Source of the DNA: Eledone cirrhosa
Taxonomy: Eukaryota
Assembly: GCA_964016885.1 (NCBI GenBank)
Contig: OZ024740.1
Span: 371,814,001 to 371,878,000, forward strand
DNA length: 64,000 bases
Direction of reading: 5' to 3'
Part shown: positions 13,970 to 25,933 of the stretch, piece after piece
Layout: every line of letters begins with the position of its first letter
Numbering within the stretch: position 1 is the stretch's first letter
The notes under the pieces: generated by a model
Database searches by the model: none
Told to the model about the DNA's origin: nothing
What the model saw: only the letters and a program-made list of their open reading frames with translations
Translations under genes and position numbers: made by a program

Positions 13970-16900
13970 TCCAATTCAATGATGTTCCAGAACAATGTAA
14001 AAGAGATAATTGGCAATTTAGGTTCTGGAACAAAAAAGATCATTGGCAATAAGGGCAGGGGCCCCAAGTTATCACAGCCTGGGCCCGCTCGTCATCGTGC
14101 CATTGTAATAGAGCCAAACAAGGCATTTAGTCTTGGCTGCTGGAACGTACGGACGCTGCTTGACAGGGATTCCTTGGAGCGTCCTGAACGAAGGACCGCT
14201 CTTGTTGCAAAGGAGCTTCGACGTTATGATCTTGACATCGTGGCTTTATCTGAGACGAGGTTAGCTGGAGATGGTCATCTTACGGAATTTTGTGGAGAAT
14301 ATACATTCTTCTGGAAAGGAAGAGATGAAGGAACCAGAAGAGAGGCTGGGGTAGGATTTGCTGTTAAGACTGTACTTGTGAATAAATTAGAAGAATTCCC
14401 AGTAGGGATTAGTGAGCGTCTTATGTCCATGAGAGTTCCGCTGGACAAAGGAAGATATGCTACCCTGGTGAGTGTGTATGCTCCAACTATGAATTCTGTC
14501 GATGAAGAAAAACTGTCCTTTTACCATGCCTTGAAAGGTGTTCTAAGAAATATCCCTCAGGCAGACAAAGTCATCGTGCTTGGTGACTTTAATGCTAGAG
14601 TGGGTAGGGATTTTAACACATGGAATGTAATCGGAAGGCATGGGGTGGGAAAGTGTAACAGCAATGGTATGTTCCTGCTGCAGATGTGTGAGGAGCTGGA
14701 TCTGTGTGTTACCAACACCATGTTCCAACAAAAGAACAAATTCAAGACCACATGGATGCATCCTGCATCTAAGGAATGGCATCTTTTGGACTACGTCCTA
14801 GTCAGGATGCGTGACAGACAGGATGTGCAGTGTGTTCGTGTTCTTCGTGGAGCTGAGTGCTGGACGGACCACCGCCTGGTACGCGCAAAAGTGAAACTAA
14901 TCACCAAACGTAAAATCCGGGCTCCTGGTGTTACCCTGCCCAAAAGATTGAATGCCGCTCGTCTTAAGGATAAAAATGTGAAGAGGACATTGGAAGAAGA
15001 GATGCAGGCTGCAGATCTTGGTGAGGATTGGCCGACCCTTAAAAAGTCGGTTTATGATGTAGGCAGGCGTGTTCTGGGATTGGTGCAGAGAAAACATCAG
15101 GACTGGTTTGATGAGAATGATGTACATATAGAAGACTTGTTGGCTGATAAGAGGCGTGCTCTGTCACGCTACTTGACGGCAAAACCACAGGAGAGGAATA
15201 CGTTGCACGAGGAGCTCAGGGATGTAAAATCACGTGTTAGGCGGAGTCTTTCTCAGATGAAGGATCAGTGGTGGAGTGAGAAGGCTGGTGAGATACAAAC
15301 TGCGTCTGATTCCAATAACATAAAGCTGTTGTACAGTCTCTTGCGTGAGGTTTATGGACCGTCTTCTTCTCTGGTGACACCGCTTCGCAACAAGGATGGC
15401 AAAGAACTTCTTCGTGACTCACAGGGATTTCTACGAAGGTGGCGAGAGCACTTTGATGATCTTTTGAATCAGCCGTCTGTCGTCAGTGAAGATTTCCTCA
15501 ATCTCATTCCAGAAAGTCCTGTGAAAGTAGCTCTCGCAGAACCTCCGACGCTTGTGGAGGTTGCAGTGGCTATTTCGAAGCTGAACAGTGGAAGATCTCC
15601 AGGCATGGATGGAATACATGCTGAGCTCCTACAATATGGTGGTGAGAGACTCCTGCAACATCTGCACTCTTTGTTTGGAAGGATAAGGGCTAATGAATCC
15701 GTACCTGAGGACTGGAGAGATGCAGTAATGGTGGTCTTGTACAAGGGAAAGTGTAACAGGAATGATTGTGGGAACTACAGAGGTATATTATTGCTTTCTG
15801 TCGTAGGGAAAGTTTTATGTAGGGTGCTTCTGGACCGTCTGCTGATACACATTGCAGATTGTGTTCTTCCTGAAAGTCAATCTGGTTTTCGTGCTGGACG
15901 CGGCACTACTGATATGATCTTCTCAGCTAGACAGCTCCAGGAGAAGTGCATTGAAAAAGGCTTGGATCTGTATCAGGTTTTTGTCGATCTGACAAAGGCT
16001 TTCGATACTGTCAACAGAGAGGCATTATGGAAGATTCTCCAGAAACTTGGTTGCCCTGATAAGTTCCTTGCTTTAGTTAGGTCTTTCCATGACGACATGA
16101 AGGCTTGGGTTAATGTCGGAGGTAACATGTCGGAGCCTATCTCAGTAAAAAATGGAGTGAAACAGGGGGATATTCCAGCACCGACCCTGTTTGCCATACA
16201 CTTTGCAATGGTTTTCTGTATTGCATTCAGGAATTGCGAGCATGGTGTTTACATCCGATATCGAACCTCAGGCAGCATATTTAACATTAGGCGCTTTGCT
16301 GCGAAGACAAACGTATTTACATCAATCATAAGAGACCTCTTGTATGCAGATGATTGCGATCTTGTAGCGCACACAGAGAGTCATATGCAACACATTTTGA
16401 ATGCATTTTCTGACGCTTGCACTGCCCTGGGTTTGACTGTCAGTCTCAAGAAAACCGTCGTCATGTACCAACCTGCCCCTAGTAAGCAGTACACTGAACC
16501 AAACATCTATGTGTATGGCAAACGACTTGGAGTGGTTGATCAGTTTGTCTACCTGGGAAGCACTGTCAATCGATACGGCAACCTTGACAGTGAAATCTCA
16601 CTTAGAATTAGGAAAGCAAGTGATGCTTTCGGAAAGCTAGAAAGGCGACTCTGGGGTCGGCGAGACATATGCAGGAGGACAAAGGTAAAGGTGTACAGGG
16701 CATGTGTACTCTCTTGTCTTCTTTATGCTTGCGAGACCTGGGTCACATATCGACACCACCTTAAGCAATTGGAGCGTTTCCATCAGATGTGTCTCAGACG
16801 GATCCATGGCGTTCACTGGAGGGACCACATCAGTGATGACGAGATTTTGGAAAGCTCTATGTGTGACAGTATAGAAGCTCTTGTGCTTAAGCAACGACTC

Positions 16901-17637
16901 CGTTGGAGTGGTCACCTTGCCAGGATGAAGGATTCTAGAATACCAAAACAACTCTTCTATGGAGAGTTGGTTAAAGGAAAACGACCGCCACATAAACCAA
17001 AAAAGAGGTATAAGGATTCTTTGAAAGCCTCTCTGAAAGACGCTAACATCTCTGCTGATACATGGGAAAATATTGCTGCTGATCGTAATAAATGGAGAAA
17101 GACTGTATATGAGGGAAAAGTTGCCTTTGAGGCATCTCGAATCGCACACGAGAAAGTAAAGCGGGTTGTGAGGAAGGGCATTGCTGTTGCACTTCCAGAC
17201 GGCGAGGGTCCTCCTATGGTGCTGACATGCAGTGTCTGTGCGAGACTCTGCCTAAGCAAAGCTGGACTCGAAAGTCATCTTCGCAGTCATAAAGTAAGAC
17301 CAGTGGTTGACTACCAGGCTGCTGTTGGAGATGCTACTCATCATGCTTGCCAAACATCTGGTAGAGAATGTAAATCAGCAGGAGGGCTCAAGCGACATGC
17401 AAAAGTACATGAACTCCAACCACAGCCGGCTATTCCCAGTGAATGTTTTGGTTGCCGACTCTGTGCAAGACATTGTAGATCATTGGCTGGGCTAAAAAGC
17501 CACATTCGATCGCAGCACTGTTAGTTGTTATCGTGTGTGTGTGTGTGTGTGTAGATATGCTTATGTGCGTGCGTGCGTGTGTATATATATATGAATATGT
17601 ATATTATTATTGTTGTTGTCGTTATTATTATTATTGC

Positions 17638-17674
<37 letters not shown>

Positions 17675-17928
17675 GTTATTAATGTATGTGTGTGTGTGTG
17701 TGTATGTGTGTGTGTATGTGTATGTATGTGTGTATGTATATGTGTATGTATGTATATATATATATTTTTTTTTTTTTTTAAATTTATTTATTTATTTATT
17801 TATTTATTATTATTATTATTATCATTATTTTATTTTATTTTATTTTATTTTATTTTATTTTATTTTTTTTATTTATTTATTATTTTTTTTCTTCTCGTGC
17901 AATGGCCATACTCGATAACGAGGGGGCA

Positions 17929-17935
<7 letters not shown>
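13970..17935 (+). mobile_element. RTE-clade (BovB-like) non-LTR retrotransposon with intact ORF; 3' UTR split by a compound microsatellite
   Basis: Single long endonuclease-RT ORF; terminal motif TCGTGCAATGGCCATACTCGATAACGAGGGGGCAGCCATCAT at 17895-17935 recurs at 20213-20254. Confidence 0.9.
13979..17524 (+). CDS. RTE polyprotein: APE endonuclease, reverse transcriptase and C-terminal C2H2-like zinc fingers (1181 aa)
   Basis: APE motifs WNVRTL, LSETR, GVGF, LGDFNARVG, LDYVL, TDHRLV; RT motifs NYRGI, QSGFR, FVDLTKAFD, GVKQG, LYADD, FVYLGS; RTE-typical LRWSGH..RM.DSRIPKQL; no stops or frameshifts. Confidence 0.97.
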   Translation: MMFQNNVKEIIGNLGSGTKKIIGNKGRGPKLSQPGPARHRAIVIEPNKAFSLGCWNVRTLLDRDSLERPERRTALVAKELRRYDLDIVALSETRLAGDGHLTEFCGEYTFFWKGRDEGTRREAGVGFAVKTVLVNKLEEFPVGISERLMSMRVPLDKGRYATLVSVYAPTMNSVDEEKLSFYHALKGVLRNIPQADKVIVLGDFNARVGRDFNTWNVIGRHGVGKCNSNGMFLLQMCEELDLCVTNTMFQQKNKFKTTWMHPASKEWHLLDYVLVRMRDRQDVQCVRVLRGAECWTDHRLVRAKVKLITKRKIRAPGVTLPKRLNAARLKDKNVKRTLEEEMQAADLGEDWPTLKKSVYDVGRRVLGLVQRKHQDWFDENDVHIEDLLADKRRALSRYLTAKPQERNTLHEELRDVKSRVRRSLSQMKDQWWSEKAGEIQTASDSNNIKLLYSLLREVYGPSSSLVTPLRNKDGKELLRDSQGFLRRWREHFDDLLNQPSVVSEDFLNLIPESPVKVALAEPPTLVEVAVAISKLNSGRSPGMDGIHAELLQYGGERLLQHLHSLFGRIRANESVPEDWRDAVMVVLYKGKCNRNDCGNYRGILLLSVVGKVLCRVLLDRLLIHIADCVLPESQSGFRAGRGTTDMIFSARQLQEKCIEKGLDLYQVFVDLTKAFDTVNREALWKILQKLGCPDKFLALVRSFHDDMKAWVNVGGNMSEPISVKNGVKQGDIPAPTLFAIHFAMVFCIAFRNCEHGVYIRYRTSGSIFNIRRFAAKTNVFTSIIRDLLYADDCDLVAHTESHMQHILNAFSDACTALGLTVSLKKTVVMYQPAPSKQYTEPNIYVYGKRLGVVDQFVYLGSTVNRYGNLDSEISLRIRKASDAFGKLERRLWGRRDICRRTKVKVYRACVLSCLLYACETWVTYRHHLKQLERFHQMCLRRIHGVHWRDHISDDEILESSMCDSIEALVLKQRLRWSGHLARMKDSRIPKQLFYGELVKGKRPPHKPKKRYKDSLKASLKDANISADTWENIAADRNKWRKTVYEGKVAFEASRIAHEKVKRVVRKGIAVALPDGEGPPMVLTCSVCARLCLSKAGLESHLRSHKVRPVVDYQAAVGDATHHACQTSGRECKSAGGLKRHAKVHELQPQPAIPSECFGCRLCARHCRSLAGLKSHIRSQHC

Positions 17936-17959
<24 letters not shown>

Positions 17960-18037
17960 CATACATACATACATGTCCCAAGGCTCTGATACCATCAACA
18001 CTATACACACAGAGCTGGCATATCTAAGAACTGACTA

Positions 18038-18082
18038 ACTGCCTGATGAAGTCATAGCTATCATCGAAATATATATAGCAGT
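18038..18082 (+). ncRNA. Minimal type-I hammerhead ribozyme motif
   Basis: ACTGC CTGATGA AGTCATAGCTATCATC GAAA TATATA TA GCAGT, then AATAAA and (TA)n. Stem I ACTGC/GCAGT is perfect, stem III is palindromic, stem II is imperfect. Confidence 0.75.
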
Positions 18083-18123
18083 AAATAAAGGATTATGAGT
18101 TCATGCAATTGACTTATGTTTCG

Positions 18124-18185
<62 letters not shown>

Positions 18186-18199
18186 TATATATATATTGA

Positions 18200-18965
18200 T
18201 GACCCACTTCACTTTGGGGAAAAAGAAAACAAATCTCGCGAAGCCTCGTCTTGTGTGCAGGAAGGTTGAACCAGGACGGTGACGTGCTGCCAGATACTCA
18301 GGGCATTTTGGGCTGGCGCGTTGCCATGGTGAATTAGCGACAAGTCAGCTCATTTTCTCACTCATTGAACGAAGCAAACGCCGCAGGATTTCTTTGTAGA
18401 CATACTGATTGATAAACTGGCCCTATGGCAAGAACCCTATGTGGACGATGCCTCTCATATCGAAGAACGCGATCAACATGAGTCCGGCCTTGGCAACTCT
18501 AGACTTATCCACAGAAAGCTCTGGCACTTGTTCTCCGGGCAACATTCGAAGATCCATAACTCATCACCGGTTTTGATTTATCCCAGAAAGTCTGGTTCGG
18601 TTTCAAGATGCTGGAAAATGCCCTGACACACCACTCCATGCACCACTCCATCTCGTCATCGTTCAGCAGCTCAGCACCATCTTCGCACATATCTTCCGCA
18701 TGCCCAAATCGTCGGTTATAATCTGCCAAACGTTGTTGCGGTTTATTCCCAGCTCACTTACGATCAATCTAACAATCAGCAGATGATCACCACGTACGAG
18801 GTGCCTCATGCGCTCAACCTTGGCCTTCGTCCAGCTCGTTGAAGGCCTTCTGCTCCTGGGGTCATCTTCCACGTCCTCACATACCTTTTTGAATATTTTG
18901 TGCCACTCAAAAACGCATGAACGCGACATTGTCACGTCTTCGTACACTTGCTGCAGTATTCCGAG
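18200..18965 (-). pseudogene. Decayed mariner transposase
   Basis: HTH region VYEDVTMSRSCVFEWHKIFK, VEDDPRSRRPSTS, LGMRKICAKMV; downstream frames contain KTGDELWIF and HHGNAPA catalytic-like motifs with stops. Confidence 0.85.
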
Positions 18966-18997
<32 letters not shown>

Positions 18998-19720
18998 TGT
19001 ATGTATGTATGTATGTATGTTTTCTCTTTCTCTTAATTTCGAGTATATTTTTTTGACCGGCCACCTTCCTGGTGGCAAGGTTGTAAAAGAAAAGAAATTG
19101 TCATCCCTTGAATCGCAAGAATGTTTTGCAAATTTTGAAGGTGCCAGCTATCGCAGCCATTTGTATGTATGTATGTATGTATGTATGTATGTATGTATGT
19201 ATGTATGTATGTATGTATGTATGTATGTATGTATGTATGTTATCTCTTTCTCTTAATTTTGAGTATATTTTTTTTTGACCGGCCACCTTCCTGGTGGCAA
19301 GGTTGTAAAAGAAAAGAAATTGTCATCCCTTGAATCGCAAGAATGTTTTGCAAATTTTGAAGGTGCCAGCTATCGCAGCCATTTGTAGACTATGAATTAG
19401 GGAGTTGCGCTTTTTGTCCGCAAATCCAAGTTCAGTCATACTTTGGTCCAAGCGGGTTGGTATATAACCCGTAGCTCCAATAATGATGGGTATGAAGCTA
19501 AAGGTGTATCTTGGATACTGGATTTGTAAACTCCTCATCAATGGTCCGTAGATGTCCTCCTTCTCCTGTATTTTTCTGACAACGTTTACATCAAGTGGGC
19601 AGCTGATCTCCACAATAGAACACGTTTTCAATGTGTGGTCCCAAACAACAATATCAGGCCGGTTGTGCTATGTATGTATGTATGAATGTATGTATGTATG
19701 CATATATGTATGTATGTATG
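18966..19720 (-). mobile_element. R4/Dong-like RLE non-LTR retrotransposon 3' fragments (19240-19667 and 19020-19162) embedded in (TACA)n
   Basis: Both copies share the 3' end and are flanked on both sides by TACA repeats (TATG on the + strand). Confidence 0.8.
19323..19667 (-). pseudogene. Restriction-like (PD-D/ExK) endonuclease domain fragment of a non-LTR element
   Basis: HNRPDIVVWD, IVEISCP, EKEDIY and IPIIIGATG are the canonical RLE motif series. Confidence 0.88.
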
Positions 19721-20254
19721 CCGGGTTACTCTTGAGTGCTACTGGTAACATGTAACCCAGTACAACCTGTCGCATGGTCGTGTCGTCAACGACTACATCT
19801 GCAACCCCACCAAGTTTACTGGTGAGGAGAGTGATTTTGGACACCCTGCAGGTCAAAAAACAAAACCTTACAAAGGGGAAAGAATTTATAAGTGTCAACG
19901 GCCTTCCGAAAGTGTGTAAATATGTATATACACATGTACCGCGCGGTTAAACAACTGGCAGTGAAAGACCTCTAATCTTTGCCAGGGCATTATTGTAGGA
20001 GAAGGCAACTCAGGAAACTGGGATAGATCCGATATAAAGCCTGTGCCTCAGTAGTTACCGATGATGTTGATCTTTTCTTATTTTCGGGTTATAGCTACTG
20101 CCGCTCAGAGAGTGGGATTGGCTCAGTGCACAGTCTTTCCTCACTTTAAAAAATATCTTCACGCACATGCATTGCACGATAGAATTAAATAATAATTATT
20201 TATAATGGTATATCGTGCAATGGCCATACTCGATAACGAGGGGACAGCCATCAT
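19721..20254 (+). mobile_element. Non-autonomous retroelement (family 3), followed by a short RTE 3'-end tag at 20205-20254
   Basis: 3' half matches 13655-13912; the tag matches the RTE terminus at 17895-17935. Confidence 0.75.
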
Positions 20255-20265
20255 GTGTGTACACA

Positions 20266-20324
<59 letters not shown>

Positions 20325-20590
20325 CACCTTGATCACCTTGACCGACCAGTCTGTCGGGCGCCAGTCGGCGCCGTTGGTCACAGCACGTCGTGCTGTTTTA
20401 GCCATAAGATAACGCCATCCCACTCGCTGGGCGGGCAGGCCGGTATTCATTTCTACAGCTGAGTAAACTGGAGCAACGTGAAATAAAGTGTCTTGCTCAA
20501 GGAAACAACACATCACCCGGTCCGAAAATTGAACTCACACCTTTCGATTGCAAAGCCCAATGCTTTAACCACTAAGCCATGCGCCTTCAC
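20325..20590 (-). mobile_element. tRNA-derived SINE family 2
   Basis: Minus strand starts GTGAAGGCGCATGGCTTAGTGGTTAAAGCA (A box), GAGTTCAATT (B-box-like), CCTTGAGCAAGACACTTTATTTCACGTTGCTCCAG; tail (TCAAGGTGA)n. Confidence 0.85.
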
Positions 20591-20594
20591 CTGT

Positions 20595-20787
20595 GTGTGC
20601 AGATAGAGAGAGAAAGAAACTCACTCAGGTGGTGGATGGGTGCTACACGAGGATGCTGATGATAGCTCTGAACATTAACCAGTGCGCACTGAGGATGAAG
20701 AACTCAGAGCAGTATGGGAGCCTTCTCGAAAGTGACACAGAGAAGAATGAGGTTAGCTAGGCATGCTCACCGACATTCAGAGCTGAC

Positions 20788-20828
<41 letters not shown>

Positions 20829-20943
20829 AGCTCTGAATGTCGGTTCTTCATCCTCAGTGCGTACTGGTTAATGTTCAGAGCTATCATCAGTATCTTCGTG
20901 TAGCACCCATCCACCATCTGAGTGAGTTTCTCTCTCTTTCTAT

Positions 20944-20948
<5 letters not shown>
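20595..20948. mobile_element. Inverted pair of RTE/RTEX-like LINE 3' fragments around (TA)n
   Basis: 20595-20790 encodes VDGCYTRMLMIALNI and RRMRLA-like motifs; 20825-20948 is its reverse complement lacking about 65 bp. Confidence 0.7.
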
Positions 20949-21039
<91 letters not shown>

Positions 21040-21184
21040 TTGTTTTGCAACGTTTTTGATATGAAATCGTGTGTTGAAACAAATATTGTTCTACTTGGGG
21101 AGGGTCATATTGTTATAATATTGCCAGAAATAATAATAAAATACACTCACCAGATATTGTGTTTTATTATTAGTACCAGTACTA

Positions 21185-21372
21185 GGGCGGTGGATTGGCA
21201 GTATCGGTGGAGGGTCGGACGCAATGCTTTCCAGCATAGTTACGTCCCTTTACGAACTGAGTTCAAATCCCGCCGAGGTTGACTTTGCCTTTCATCCTTA
21301 CGGGGTCGATAAAATAAAGTACCAGTAATACACTGGGTAATTGCTGGCCTTGTGCCTAACGTAGAAACAATT
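21185..21372 (+). mobile_element. SINE family 1 copy
   Basis: GGGCGTGGATTGGCAGTATCGG followed by GAGTTCAAATCCCGCCGAGG. Confidence 0.9.
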
Positions 21373-21475
21373 ATTATTTCTGACAATATTATAACAATAT
21401 GACCCTCCCCAACTATAACAATATATATATTATATTAAATCTTTGTTGGTTTTTTTCAATAAACAAATATCATTA

Positions 21476-21601
21476 TTTCTGAAGACAGCATATATATGTG
21501 TAGGTATGTATATTCCCTCTGATAGTTTGTAAAATTTTTACATAGATCTATATAATATACATACCAACACACACATATATATCCTAGAAACGATCGTAAA
21601 A
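21476..21601 (+). ncRNA. Type-I hammerhead ribozyme motif with long AU-rich stem II
   Basis: TTT CTGAAGA [ATATATATGTG..GGTATGTATATT pairs with AATATACATACC..CACATATATAT] GAAA CGATCG TA AAA; palindromic stem III, GUA triplet. Confidence 0.72.
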
Positions 21602-21635
21602 GGAACTGTTTCTTTGTTTTTATTCATTATTTTTA

Positions 21636-21675
<40 letters not shown>

Positions 21676-21700
21676 TATATGTATATGCATATATATAATA

Positions 21701-21836
21701 ATTAATTGTTTCTACGTTAGGCACAAGGCCAGCAAATAACCAGTGTATTACTGGTACTTTATTTTATCGACCCCGTAAGGATGAAAGGCAAAGTTAACCT
21801 CGGCGGGATTTGAACTCAGAATGGCAAGGGCCGTAA
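21701..21836 (-). mobile_element. 5'-truncated SINE family 1 copy
   Basis: Matches 3935-4068. Confidence 0.88.
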
Positions 21837-22262
21837 GACGTTAAATCATATCTTTATAAAGCTCTTACATATTTGAGGCAGATATTCAGGCAAAGTTTTA
21901 ATTATATACCCTATTCGGGGGAAATAATAATTTTACATCACAGTGCATATTAAATATACGTGGTTAAGTATAAAACACGGTAGGAAGAGATTAGTATGCT
22001 AAGTGAGGTAATTACCGGTGCTAATAAAACGTTTCTTCTCTAACTAATGACCTCTACCAGCTATGTAAAAAGTTTTATTTTATTATTTAAAAGGAATTAA
22101 CATAAGTAGGGTTAGTTAACACAGTGTAAATGAGGGCGTGTTAAGGTGTGAGTATCAATAATTAGTAAAGTCGTTAAAGACCACACACGGGTTTAACTAG
22201 TGCAATGGAGCACCTTAGGTGCGAATCTGAAGGCCTAGAAAAATAAAGTCAATTTGGATAGA

Positions 22263-22339
<77 letters not shown>

Positions 22340-22390
22340 GACGCCGATGAATTTGTTTTGCGAGGTTTTTGAACAGGAGGAACATAATAG

Positions 22391-22434
22391 TACCACTGAT
22401 GATGTTGCAGATGTGCAACGAAAGAACTTTGTTA
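22391..22434 (+). ncRNA. Degenerate minimal hammerhead motif
   Basis: TACCA CTGATGA T GTTGCA GATG TGCAAC GAAA GAACT T TGTTA; stem II is perfect, stem I has one mismatch, stem III is minimal. Confidence 0.5.
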
Positions 22435-22627
22435 GACTATATATATGAGTCTATATCTATATTATATCTGTATTTTTGACCGTTGGTCAGTCAATGATAA
22501 AGATTGAGGACCAAATGAATTAACAGTGGAGATATAAAAGATACACAAGCGAAAACCAAAGAAACAGTGAGTGTGTTTTGTTATTATTTCTGGCAATATT
22601 ATTACAACAATATGACCCTCGCCAAGT

Positions 22628-25226
<2,599 letters not shown>

Positions 25227-25322
25227 ATATATAAATTATAAAACGTGGAGATGGACCACACGAGTTGGAATATATATATATATAAATATATATATATCGG
25301 GAGAAAAGTACGATTGTTAGGA

Positions 25323-25386
<64 letters not shown>

Positions 25387-25387
25387 C

Positions 25388-25640
25388 GTCTGTCTACAGC
25401 AAAGATGGTCATTAGGTCGGTACTTATCCGGTTTCCTTGTAATTAAGCGACTGCGAACACAAGACTCCCACGTGGACAGGATGCCAGTCCATCGCAGGGT
25501 TAAACTCCCAATTACTGCTGGTACTCATTGATGTACTGGAGCAACGTGAAATCAAGTCCTTTACATAACGCACAACCCGGTCAAGGAATTAAACTCATGT
25601 CATTAGGATCTCAAGTTCAACAGCCCACACCATTAGACTA
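25388..25640 (-). mobile_element. Decayed SINE related to family 2
   Basis: TACTGGAGCAACGTGAAATCAAGT and GGAATTAAACTCA resemble 20465-20540. Confidence 0.6.
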
Positions 25641-25649
25641 TATATGTTT

Positions 25650-25743
<94 letters not shown>

Positions 25744-25746
<3 letters not shown>

Positions 25747-25933
25747 TCATCATCATCATCATCAACGTTTAACGTCCGTGTTCCACGCTTGCATTGCATG
25801 GGTTTGGACGGGGGTTTTCCCACTTGAGGCAAGAGTGATTATCTTGCTCGCATAGGACTATCTGGCGGGTTTTCTACAGCTGGATGCCCTTCCTAACACC
25901 AACCACATTTACAGTGTGGGGCTGGGAGGTTTT
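25744..25933 (-). mobile_element. 3' part of another SINE (Meta-domain-like), cut by the first Tx1 copy
   Basis: Minus strand GGTTGGTGTTAGGAAGGGCATCCAGCTGTAGAAAA, ending GGACGTTAAACGTT(GAT)n. Confidence 0.6.
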
